Part shown: piece by piece, positions 49,216 to 61,362 of the stretch
Layout of the letters: the number at the start of each line of letters is the position of its first letter
Numbering within the stretch: position 1 is the stretch's first letter
Made by a program: the position numbers and the translations under genes
Assembly (NCBI RefSeq): GCF_002571385.2
Contig: NW_019217806.1
Coordinates: 280,982-344,981, forward strand
Reading direction: 5' to 3'
Length of the DNA stretch: 64,000 nucleotides
Source: Stylophora pistillata
Taxonomy: Eukaryota
Notes under the pieces: model-generated
Told to the model about the DNA's origin: nothing
The model's input: the letters and a program-made list of their open reading frames with translations, nothing else
Databases searched by the model: none

Positions 49216-51432
49216 TTTTTAATAATACAAGGGCTTTCCACTAGTCAACTATAACTGTAATTAACAACGGCTCAACTTCACTGGAGTACTAACAACCCTT
49301 GACACTGAATTGTCGTCGATTTCTTTGTGGCACAGATATTTTGCCGGTGTACACCGGCCGTGTAAAATTGTGTCTCTCCCTGCAGTATCGATTGATCGAA
49401 CCTTTACACTTGAAATCAACTCAGTTTCAGCCATCTATTAATTTATCGTGCACTTAGGTAATTAATAAAACTAATTGAAAGGCTATTTTGTCTGTTTTAT
49501 CTACCAAGTTTTCATAGTCTATCACGGTCCTTACGCACAAGTCAACACTCAAAAATAAGGATAATTTTTTCCCAAAAAAGTTTCACGATCTCTTCAGAAC
49601 CTTCTGGACCGAGCGAACTCAGGAATAACGAGGTAAAATAGAGCACATTTACAGTTTTCGTTTTTATGCGTTACATATTTCTGTGTGGTCGACAGTATGC
49701 AATATTGTAACTTTTCTTCGCCAGCCCTTGTCGCGGATACACTATCTACAGACGGCGATTATTACCTTCAAATACTAAACTTTGACAAAAATTTGTGCCC
49801 TTACGAAGAAAAATTTATATTTCTTTCTGTTGACTGACTTGCTATATAGTCTATCATTAATAATAGTACATACAAAGAATTTTCTTCGAGTTGGTATTAT
49901 AGCTTCCCGATAAATTGACATAACACGCAACAGTTCATTAATTTAAGTCTAAAATTTCACAGGCAAAGCCGACATAGTTCCTGAGGCTAGTTTTAAACTC
50001 AAAAACAAAAACAACAAAAATATTTGTGGTATCACTTCCTTAAGGAAAAAAGTCTATCAGTGCATGGATTACCATGCAAGCTTGGTTGCGTAAATTTTTA
50101 AACTATGGAAAGCAAAACGAAGCGAAGACAGAGAAATTGATCGATTTTGTTTTACACGAGGAACGACTAAGAAGAAATCGTTTTTGCAGTTCGAGAGGGG
50201 GGGGGGTGGTGCGCATTCGTTTCAAAACATTGACGAATTATTTGCAGGGAACAAACAGACTACACAGAATTTCTTTTAGCCCTTTCAGCACTCGTTCTAA
50301 AAGATCTAAAAGCGCCGTGAACAAAGACCAGCGCAATGACATGAAACCTCCATTGAGACGTGTTATTATAGAATTACTTGCGAGCACTTTGTTAAACGTT
50401 CTTAATTCTCCCACCGTCAGCTATTTTCTGACGTGAAAGTGTAGCTAATTTCTAAGCCAGCATCGTATCTCCACATTACACCAACAACGGCAGTAGTGGG
50501 ATAACAAGGTTTTCTACAGTTGACACTGACATTCGCTTGTTTGCCTTGAAAATAACATAATCTTATGTTAGCTTGTCAAGGATCCAAAACTAATTTTTCA
50601 CACCAAGTTATATCTATTTCACGTTACGTAACTATACGACTGAATGGCCAAGAACTGTGATAAATTTCTTCATGATAGTCGTAAAGAAGGAGTTTATCTA
50701 AATGAGAAGGATGAAAAAAAGACATTATCTGTCGTTTGCGTGCTGAACAGTCCGAGTTTAATCGATATATTTTTTTTATCATGGTAACTCATATAACAGG
50801 CGCAAAACTATGTTATATAATAGCTTCAACGTGTAGTCTCCGATCTTAATAAACTCGAGACAACTGAGAAGATCTGATTTTCTTCTTGATATCAAAGAAC
50901 TTATCGCAGTAAACATACGTTACGTGAAAAATATAACAAGTTTTCTTTCAGCTTATATAGTTTCTCTACTTAAAAGTATATACCGCAAATCTCTGGGCGT
51001 GGTATTTGTGAGTGTGCAACAACTGAGAAATGGCTAAGTTTACACCAACGTGTAATCTGTGTTGAGTGCAAAATGAATGGCTGGCTGCTCCCACGCGAGC
51101 ATAATTGATGTCACTGTTTAATTTATGAAGCATTTTCAAATTGAGTGTTGAGAGCCTGATCCCATTGCATTTGTATTGTATTGCATTCAGTGTCCCCGCA
51201 ATTCTTCCGCTGAGTGGGAAGTCTCAGGGAGGGGATCAGGTATATTTTATTATGACACAAGCAAATTCCCCCCACTCTCTCCTCCCCCCGGCTATAAATC
51301 GTGACCTGTCTCTTATCGGTAATTGATTACTCTTGTTTTTGTTATCTGAAAATTGAATAGAATCATCATCCATATCCATATCATCATTCCTTTATTTCAA
51401 AGGCGTCAGACGAACAAAAACGAACAGTTCAA

Positions 51433-54400
51433 ATGACTCGACTACAGTTACACCCAGACCCCAACATGAACACGGACAACCGACTGGGAAAATTGGAACC
51501 GGAATCGGCCCAATCCCCAGGCGTTGAGTCGCAGATGTCATTTAGTGTTTACGACGCTAAAGTTTCCGGTAGAGACAGCTTCTTGGGTGCGCTGCCAAAC
51601 AGTGCCAGCACCATCGGCTTCTTGCCAGATCACCACAGCAAGGCCAAAATGGGCCCCCGAGCTTACTCAAAACGAATACGCCAGCTGACGCTGTTTCTTG
51701 CGGTCTTCATCATCGTGTCGATGGTAATGACTGCATTATTCGTCTGGAGAATGTTCTATTACAAACCTGAGGAAAAAGCCGATGGAAAGTCTCATATCGA
51801 ACAGGTACGATTCTATGGCACCTCATCGACTCCAAACTTTAATTTTTATCCTAAATTTGAAATCTTAAATGCGTAAGTTCGCCGCCAAACACCAAATCAG
51901 CAAATTACCCCGCCAATGAGTTAGACTTACTGTTACGTTTTGAAGAAATGAAAAATTAGTTTTTTGATGCAGACAAATGTAATAAGATGTTTCAATCATC
52001 TTCTCTCACCGGTAAATGCATGCACTTTGCACCTTTTTACGACATACAGTTTTAAGTGATGTCCCCTGAATGATCGAATACGTGATTTCTCTGTTCGTCT
52101 ATTTGCTTAAACTTTTCCGCATATTCTCTGCCAACCTCGCGCGACATATCTCTTAGTCTTGTGGACTATGATCTGCAAATAAATGATGGGGGATTAACTC
52201 TAATAATTTACCAAAAACTGCAACAGGCTGTGTGGGTGGATTTTAATGTACAGGCAAGTTTTCTTTCTTTAATTGTGGAATAGCAGGTGGGAACCAAATA
52301 TTCCGAGAATTAGAATGAACAACACATATTACAAAGACAAGATCACATTTCCATCAAGACACACCCAAAATAAATACCCAGTATCTCTCTCTCCTCTATT
52401 TCAAGTTTCCCTGAACTATATTTCTTTATATCTGGCTAAATAAAAGTTCGTTTTCTAGGTTATTGCAAAAGCTCATCTTTATCGTATAATCACATCGTTG
52501 AAGACCAGAGCAATGCTATGGCGCTGACAAGCGATAAATGTGTCGTATCCTGTTTTGAAATAACACGCACACTTTCCGCTACGGTTGTCAAGATTCAACC
52601 AGCTGCATTCATAGGAAAACATTCCTTTCAAAACAATATGTTTACACTTTAGATGCAATTTCAGCTTCAAAACCGGCTCAAAATGAGCGAACCTTCTCCA
52701 TGAAAATACACCTAACGTGCTAGCACTGTTTTTAGTGTTGATATTACTTAAATTGCGTTTAAAATGTGTGCATGGACCGTTTGTTTTGCACAATTTGCAA
52801 TTACTACATAATCGGCGATAATTTTCAAAGAGTTGATTGTCAGGGCATTGAAATGGCTCTCTCTTGGCGGATGTAGATTCATTGCTAAATATTATGCAAG
52901 GAAAATTGTATTACATATTTAATCGAAGACTTTAAATCAATGAAATGTACTGTAAATCACTCAATACTGTCAGACCGTCAGCAAGAATAGAATTTCGAAA
53001 GCAGACTGCTTCTTTAAATTTTGCCTATTTAGAACTTCAAAGGAAGCGATGATTGTAAACTTTACCTTCGGTAATGGACCCGAGTTTTCAGCACAAGTCT
53101 TTCTTTTACGATGGACAGGCTTTATAGTCAATCGCTTTATTTTAGCATTTTAGAACAAAACAATAACCTAAATCTAAAGATTTTCTTTTCAGCCTTTTTT
53201 TTTTAATTTGCAGCACAATCCACACCATTTAAGGTAATTGATGCGAATAATTTCATTATTTTCCAAACTAGATTACCCGTTAAATTGCTGTTTGATTAGA
53301 AATAAACATCAATAAAAAGAATGTCTTCGGTTGAGATTAAATGCATGTTCTGTACAAACAAGACTTGAGGACATATCGAACAATATTGGCCAGAAGTCAT
53401 ACCGGTATGCGACAAACGTCACCGAAATTAAATTCTAAAGTTTGTTTTGTGATAGCCTGCTAAGAAACCAATAAAGTTCAAGTGAAAAGCGATTGACACC
53501 TGTCGTGTAATGAACCCCTTTCAAACCAAGTGCGCAAACGATTTCCTCCGGAACATTCGAAACTTGAATTCGTAAACGAATTACTGACCACGATCTAAAT
53601 GTGATCAGATTTCGCGATCTTTTGCAAGGAATAAGTGTAGGTCGAGTGCTGAAATCGGTACGGTTCCATCCAAACTTACTCATTATCGTGGCCGCCAGGT
53701 TGACGAGGAAATCTCCAATTGAGCAAGAGACATCATAGCGTAATAATAATGACGATGAAAGAAATTAAAATACAATTTCTTGGATTTTTTTTACATAAGA
53801 GTTCATACACATACCTTTTATCTCGGTGATGAAAAACAATTTTATTGAAGTAGCAGTTAGAAATATAATTTGACGTGTAAGACCCAAAACGCTGCAGTTT
53901 ATAGATGACCTTGAATGGTGTGATATTGAAGTCGAAACAAGCTGATAACAACTGATAAAACGTCTGATTACTTGGCAGCTCAATTTTGACAGCTCACGTA
54001 CTGCACCAAAGATTCTGTGACGCTCGCTTGTGGTTCATGTCCAAAACCCAATAGAAACTAGGATTTGAACAATTTGTCGGCTAACTAAAACAAGAGTTGT
54101 GATTGGTTGGTCTCGCTCGGCCTTGATGGATCAGCTAAGTTTTCATTCGCAATGCAGCTGCAAGCTTTGAATGTAACTTCTTGTTACCGTTTGTTGTGTT
54201 TATCAAGATATATAATGAGTGCATTATCATGAGATTATGAGTAGAATATTTCGGGCTTTTCTCATTAAAATCATGCGGAAACAGAGTTTGCAGATATCAA
54301 GTTCCCGACTCTTTGCTGCTGCTCAAGGAACTGAGGTATAGGTTATTAAAACCTTACAAGCTTCATTTTTAAGTAGTTTAGAAAAATTTACACCACAGCG

Positions 54401-57400
54401 AAGTAAACGGGGCTAGGTGCGTTTCCATGCAATAGAAAAAAAAAAAAAAAAATGGAAATACAAGTCCAATAATATAAGGTAATGATGCCTTCCTACTTAG
54501 AAACCAATTGTTGGAACGAGAAGCGTATGCCCCGTAAGAGCAGAAGCAGTTCCGCTGGAACCTTTGCCTATTAGCATTGAAGAGGCGTTACTAGAAATTG
54601 AGCGTGGACTGAAGGAGGCTAACGCTAAGGATGATAAGGTAAGACATAACCTGGTAATTTAGGAATTACTTCAGGGAGTAAAACAGGACCAAACGGCCCT
54701 GTATGGTAGGGTCAGTTTATAGGAACAGAGATTTCAGCGAGACAACCCACTTTGTCAAATGTAAGCATCTCCAATCAGCAAGACTCAAGAAAGAGTACTG
54801 ATTGGCCATGCAGAGGCTCTGTGACGTTGGGGAGGTCACGGAGGTTGGTTATATTGTTATCATTAAGCCATGTTTACTACCATTAACTTTGAGGTAAAGG
54901 AAACGGAATTAAAAGTTTTAACTAGGTTCAATAGTTGGTTAAAATTTCCTTCAAGATGTCGGTTTTAAAATTTTTTAAAATCATGCAATAAAATTATAGG
55001 CTAAAGAAACAAAATAGATTAGTGAGAGTCCCAGAATCTACTTCTCTGACAAAATATTTAAATTTTGAGCTCGTTAAGTTACCAGGACTTTCGAGATACG
55101 ATCCCTGAGCACAATTGAATAGCTGTCTTATCGTGATTTCTCTTCTAGATAGCCATCATGGCTAACGTTGTCTACATGAACAAAGTAATCTGGGAGCGTT
55201 GGTATGGCAAGATGAATAGATCAAATCCTTCATCTCAAAAACTGTCCAGCAGAACAGTGTTCCCCGTGGCAAGTGTCACTAAGGTCTTAACGGTAAGTTG
55301 TCTGTTTTACTCGGGTATTAGACTTGAAACACCGATGCATGATATACGGACCATGTGACAAACTATCATTTCCTAAATTTGCCGCGATATTTGTTTTTAT
55401 ATCCAACTTCGTTACTAAAAGCTAGTCCCAAATGATCGAGCGATGCTTGATCTCGGCGCTGCTTGTAGATTTTCCTTTTGAACTTTCGCCTAATTTCCTT
55501 CCTCCGAAACAAACACTCTTCTTCTAAGACAAAAAGAAATCTACGTGTAAGAATCATCTCCTTGATATATTACTGATAACAGTGATTTTTCATTTTGGTT
55601 ATGGTTGTTTAGGCCTTAATGCTTTACAAGCTCTACTACGAGAAGAAGGTAAAGTCACTAGATGATCCTTTCAAGAAATATATGCCAGAGTTCTCAATCA
55701 AGGATCCATTTAACTCTCATGAAATCGTACTCAGGTAAAATAATTTTTAATTTTACTTAATGAAAGATCTCAATGCCTTGAACTTACACAAGCAAACAGA
55801 CAGAAAACCAGACTGACGGACAAGTACAAACACAGTTAGGAAGACAGATGGTTAGATAGTGAAACTATATATCGGTGCAGGGATGCTACAATTGGTGCTG
55901 GCCGACCATTGACTGACTGGCTCATTGATGCACTGAGACTTAGTCAACATCTAGTTTTGCGAATAAACTCATTCCTGAATAGCAAGACTAAAAATGAGTC
56001 CCCTGCTGTCAGAAATATTTTGAGAACACTTCAATGGGTAAAATTCTCCTTTTTTTTTAAATGTTTTAGAGTTATTTCTAATGTCATTTTTACAATTATG
56101 GGACTCGGAATACTCTGTGAGGACACCACCCAATCCAGGTCCGATTGAATTCTATTGTAAATGAGGACAATTGTCAGATAGGTTGAACTACTTCGTTTTT
56201 CAGAGAAATGGTTTCGCACATGTCTGGTATTCCACGAGAGGCTCCATGTCTTAAAGAAATGAAAGAGAACCTTTGTCCCGACAATAACACTGTTATGTTG
56301 GACCGAATAAAGAATCTAACTCTCGTTACTGAACCAGGCAATAAAGTCAGCTACAGGTATGTTAGTCTTCTCATCACTCTTTCCATCCTCTTCGTTTTGA
56401 ATATTGTTCACAAATGACTGGAAAATTTATTAAGGGGTAACACTGCCTTATCTTATAGTAATTTAGGGTTTGGTCTGCTTGGTCAAGGACTGGCTCTTTC
56501 ACAGAACGTCTCGTACGAGGAATGGATGCAGAAAAGTGTTTTTGATCCACTAGACATGCATGATTCGGGATTCAAGCTAACTCCCAAGTGAGTGGTAACA
56601 TTTTCCTTAAATAATTCATAAAAGAAAGAGATCAAGAAATGAATTAAGAGAGTAGAAGAGTAGTCCAGGATTGCATTTAATTAGTCTCCTTTAGCTGGTC
56701 TTGCTTCTTTGTTGTGGACTGGTTCTGAAAAGTTGTGTTATCCTCTGAACTGGCTTGCTCACTTTAGTTTTCCGCACTAGAGAGTAGGTGTCATGCATTG
56801 ATGCTGTGTTCTCAAACCCCTTAGCTTGACTTTGTTTCGAAATTGTAAGGGAAAATTATGTGTTGATCACTCCATTGACAGTTGGAAGCAAAGAATTCCC
56901 GTGGGTTTTCTTGGGAATTATTCTCAGCAGCCATTTGAGTGGGGATGGGCCAATCCAGCCGGTGGAATGTTTACGTCACTGGAGGATATCGCGAAGGTAG
57001 TGTGAAAGGTTGAAAGACATTGTCGTCAAATTACTAAAAGTATCTTTAAGGTTAAAATTCGTCGACATAGATCGCATGTAGAGAGTTTCGCGTGAACTGA
57101 AATTTCTAGCCAGCGACCAGGTTGTGTGGGGCGGTTTCAAGGTGACCTCTATTATTTGCGTGATTTCATGACTCCTACGAACCCCTAAGCTTTTGCTTGA
57201 TGATGATGGTGAAACGTATGATGTCATACGATCCAAAACGGCGTTTAGTGGGGAATGCAAGCTTCCATGCTGCTCGTATTTTTTCCAGTTTTTGCACAAT
57301 TTGGTGCTTGATTTCCATTCATATAAGTAACTTCGTATCAAAAAAGATTGTCTTCCTTGAAACAGCAACCTGTTCCAGTAGCTACAAAGGGAGTTTTCTT

Positions 57401-60400
57401 TATATTTCAAAAAAATTTGGACCATCTACACCTTTACTTCTATATTTGTAATTCCCATGATTACCCTCTCGGCCTTTTTCTCTGCCAGTGAGCCCTTTCT
57501 CTTACCTTTGATGCCCTCTCTCTCTTACTATTCGCATGGACATTGACTCATTTAACATGAACCATGTGATTATTTTTTTTTGTTTTTTTGTCTCCAGTTG
57601 GAGATTAAGCTTTTCAATTCCACGGAGGAGGACGACTTTCTATCTCCTGTCCTGACCGAAGAATTTTTCTCACCCGGTGAGGAGCTCTTTAACTTGTTTT
57701 TATCTTATTTCTGTTTTGATGGTTTTTTTCTTTTATTATTATTAGTTCCAAATTCTAAGAGGTTTTGCTGCCGGAACTGGGAGTTTAAAGACATATAGTG
57801 TCACTTATATCTCACCACGAAATGCGTTATTTTGAGGTATTTTCCTTGCAGTGTTTATCCTGGATGGCAAGCACTTCATTGGGTCTCCATGGGAGATGTC
57901 TCTCATGAACGGTTACATTGCAAGAGTAAAAACTGGATATGTGTATGGCTATGCATCCAAAATTTTCCTCTTTCCTGAGCTGAAACTTGGTAAGTTTGTC
58001 TATACTTGGCATCTTGGTGTATGAGTTATAAATTCAATGAAAGTCAAAGCAAAAAGTAAATTGGACTTAAGCAGTACATTTGCACTGGATGGCTCTTCGC
58101 GTCCTCTATTCTTCAGCTCAAATAAGAATGTTGAGTTTTGTGGAGGCAGGAAAACCGAGAGGAAATATTAAGAGCGTGGAGAAAAACCGTCGCAAGGAGA
58201 CCAATAACCAACAACAAACTAGGTGATATAGCGTTAAGGAATCCAATCCCGGCTACAACGGTGGGAAAAGAGCACTAGCTTCACTACGGCAATATTCTTT
58301 CACCAATCTATCCTACAAAATACGTCCATTATAGTTAATGTTTGCTTGCTTCTCTGTAGGGAATGAGCCCCAGGATCCCATGCAATCAGGCCTGGAGTAA
58401 AAGTAGTCGAGAGGCCGTTTACATTTGTTCGACATGCAGCTATCCAGCCCCTGAGTTTCTGTATCAGACCCTGATTGCGCAGCTAATCAGCTGTCAAAGA
58501 ATCTTGTTTTGATTTCGTTATTTTACCAAAAGGACGTAAAGACAGCAGAGTGACAATAACTCTCAAAAAAGAAACAACAACTTTCAATTTAAATTTCCAA
58601 GACATGTAAGGACATTGTCATGTCATCTTCAGTTGCAAATGAGCATTTAACTGTTGTGCATTTGAATTTAAATTAAGGTACGTTACAAAATACGTGTCAG
58701 GGCTTACGTTACATTTGAATGTAAAAACGCGAAAAAATGTAAACAGCGCGCGCTTGACTGATCAAAAAAATAAATAAATAAATATAATAATTATAAAAAT
58801 AAATTAAAAGACCAAGGAACAACATAATTAAAAGGAAAGAGACAATTCTAGGTGTTTCAATTGCTGATTAAGGATGGGTTTTTCCCACTTAATATGCAAT
58901 GCCTCTTTGATCTTAATTTGGTATTTTGAAGCGGCAGAATCTAAGATCGTGAAACATTCAGTATCACAAGAGTCAAGACAGGCCCTTGATGATTGCAGGT
59001 GCTTGTAAATATGCGAAGTTTTGAGAATACTTCTATCGAAGTAAGCAAAGCTGAGTTGGATTTGAATTTTCTTAAAAACTGTTTATCCTTCAATGTGTTT
59101 CCGATGTGGTAGANNNNNNNNNNNNNNNNNNNNNNNNNNNNNNNNNNNNNNNNNNNNNNNNNNNNNNNNNNNNNNNNNNNNNNNNNNNNNNNNNNNNNNN
59201 NNNNNNNNNNNNNNNNNNNNNNNNNNNNNNNNNNNNNNNNNNNNNNNNNNNNNNNNNNNNNNNNNNNNNNNNNNNNNNNNNNNNNNNNNNNNNNNNNNNN
59301 NNNNNNNNNNNNNNNNNNNNNNNNNNNNNNNNNNNNNNNNNNNNNNNNNNNNNNNNNNNNNNNNNNNNNNNNNNNNNNNNNNNNNNNNNNNNNNNNNNNN
59401 NNNNNNNNNNNNNNNNNNNNNNNNNNNNNNNNNNNNNNNNNNNNNNNNNNNNNNNNNNNNNNNNNNNNNNNNNNNNNNNNNNNNNNNNNNNNNNNNNNNN
59501 NNNNNNNNNNNNNNNNNNNNNNNNNNNNNNNNNNNNNNNNNNNNNNNNNNNNNNNNNNNNNNNNNNNNNNNNNNNNNNNNNNNNNNNNNNNNNNNNNNNN
59601 NNNNNNNNNNNNNNNNNNNNNNNNNNNNNNNNNNNNNNNNNNNNNNNNNNNNNNNNNNNNNNNNNNNNNNNNNNNNNNNNNNNNNNCTTATGTTAGGCTC
59701 ATGAAAACAGATGAACATCGGAAACACATTGAAGGATAAACAGTTTTTAAGAAAATTCAAATCCAACTCAGCTTTGCTTACTTCGATAGAAGTATTCTCA
59801 AAACTTCGCATATTTACAAGCACCTGCAATCATCAAGGGCCTGTCTTGACTCTTGTGATACTGAATGTTTCACGATCTTAGATTCTGCCGCTTCAAAATA
59901 CCAAATTAAGATCAAAGAGGCATTGCATATTAAGTGGGAAAAACCCATCCTTAATCAGCAATTGAAACACCTAGAATTGTCTCTTTCCTTTTAATTATGT
60001 TGTTCCTTGGTCTTTTAATTTATTTTTATTATTATTATATTTATTTATTTATTTATTTATTTTTTGATCTGGTCAAGCGCGCGCTGTTTACATTTTTTCG
60101 CGTTTTTACATTCAAATGTAACGTAAGCCCTGACACGTAGTTTGTAACGTAACTTAATTTAAATTCAAATGTACAACAGTTAAATGCTCATTTGCAACTG
60201 AAGATAACATGAGAATGTCGAAACATGTCTTGTAAATTTAAATTCAAAGTTGTTGTTTCTTTTTTGAGAATTTCGTTATTTCCATTAATCAGACACATGA
60301 TTTCGTTCAGAGAGGACGCTGAGTAAAACTACATTTAAGCGAAGTGAAAGTGAAGTCAAGCAAACTATCTTGGGCATCATAGTCTACGTTGTTGCTGATC

Positions 60401-61362
60401 CTTTTTGTTGTTGTTTTTAGCGTTTAACATTTTTCATACGGGAAGCTATAAAGACAACTGTTTTTCAAGCGTTGAGAAGCTGTTGAAAGCATTCCACCAA
60501 GAGCTAACTGCGAGAGATAAGGAGGTAACTATAGAATACTTCACAGGCTCTGATCCCTTGTTGTTATTTTCAGAATCAGTGAGCTGAAAGCTTAAACGAG
60601 AGGTATGTTCCAGAAAAATTGGATTTTGTCTCGGCCATTTAAGAGTGCGTTCAAGAACTCGCTGCCCACTATACAGAGTAACTGAAAGATTCAAAATGGT
60701 GGCATTCTCAGAAAATTTTAATTTCGAACGGTTACGTTTAGGAGTCAAACTTTTGAATGTACTTTTATGAGTCATGGCGAGATAAAAATGATATGTTGTC
60801 CGGTGCATACCCAAACATCATGTTAGCTGAGGAATAGTCCTAAAATCTAGAGATTGGATTCTGGGCCTCGGCATAACGCCTAACAGCCACAGTGCTGTCT
60901 GATGTATCGATATATGCAAATTTTAGCTGAAGAGCAATTTGCTGTACTAACCTACTATGGATATTCACTGGGTTTTATTGGTTCTGAAAGAACTAATCAT
61001 AAATCTCTTTAATATTTAAGAAACAGAAAGTGATCCAGCAACAAGATGCAGCCCCATATCTGGGAGAGTTTTACACTAAAGATGTACCCACCATCAGAAA
61101 GGTCATCATCAGGTACAACGAGGGAAGAATGAGTTTTTCCGTGGACACACTAGTTTTCCGTCTAAATCACATCAAAGGAACGACCTTTGAACTAATTGAC
61201 CGAAGAAAGGTCGATTGTCTTGCGATTGCAGTAATGGGAATAAATCACGAGAAGGTGCACTTTGACCCTCCAGGAAGTTCGCCCGACAGAATTTCACCTG
61301 GCTTTACGGTATTTGGGTTCCATCTTCGAGGCAAGGCATATTTCTATAGAAAACAGTTATGA
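51433..61362 (+). CDS. LACTBL1: Membrane-anchored serine beta-lactamase-family protein (LACTBL1-like), about 611 aa, 11 coding exons
   Basis: Exons 51433-51804, 54501-54638, 55149-55292, 55613-55734, 56204-56356, 56459-56587, 56882-56996, 57598-57676, 57852-57989, 60421-60524 and 61021-61362. All introns are GT-AG and phases are consistent (1836 nt). Motifs: FPVASVTK (SxxK), LDDP, SHMSGIPRE, EPG..VSYSN (YxN), PAGGMFTSLEDIAK, VKTG (KTG). TM helix LTLFLAVFIIVSMVMTALFVW. The gene symbol is by family resemblance, not proven orthology. Confidence 0.9.
55149..55292 (+). CDS. LACTBL1-like exon 3 carrying the catalytic SxxK (SVTK)
   Basis: tcttctag|ATAGCC...TTAACG|gtaagt, translating to ...RTVFPVASVTKVLT. 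Confidence 0.9.
57852..57989 (+). CDS. LACTBL1-like exon 9 carrying the KTG motif
   Basis: ccttgcag|TG...CTTG|gtaagt, translating to ...GSPWEMSLMNGYIARVKTGYVYGYASKIFLFPELKL. Not listed on this strand in the ORF track. Confidence 0.9.
58133..58291 (-). mobile_element. Decayed tRNA-derived SINE (second family)
   Basis: ggaggcaggaaaaccg...ggagaaaaacc...aaccaacaacaaact...ggaatccaatcccggctac...ggtggga...cactacggc resembles a reversed SINE head and core. Confidence 0.5.
59114..59686. other. Assembly gap (573 N)
   Basis: Run of N. Confidence 1.
60191..60236 (+). ncRNA. Minimal type I hammerhead ribozyme motif (Penelope-associated)
   Basis: Stem I 5' TTTGCAA, core CTGAAGA, stem II TAACAT-GAGA-ATGTC, GAAA, palindromic stem III ACATGT, cleavage triplet GTC, stem I 3' TTGTAAA. 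Confidence 0.65.

Larger units (their letters stand above)
58561..60269. mobile_element. Inverted pair of Penelope-like element remnants flanking a gap, in intron 9 of the LACTBL1-like gene
   Basis: Arms 58561-59106 and 59716-60269 are reverse complements with a few differences. The + strand from about 59800 to 59994 encodes KTSHIYKHLQSSRAC...FTILDSA...KIKEALHIKWEKPILNQQ (GIY-YIG C-terminus). It is joined in opposite orientation to a PLE N-terminal piece (VSKAELDLNFLKNC). Confidence 0.85.

Noticed and set aside
55149-57989. Beta-lactamase motifs as evidence of bacterial contamination or recent horizontal transfer
   Set aside because: The gene has ten spliceosomal introns in its CDS and belongs to a family already present in animals.
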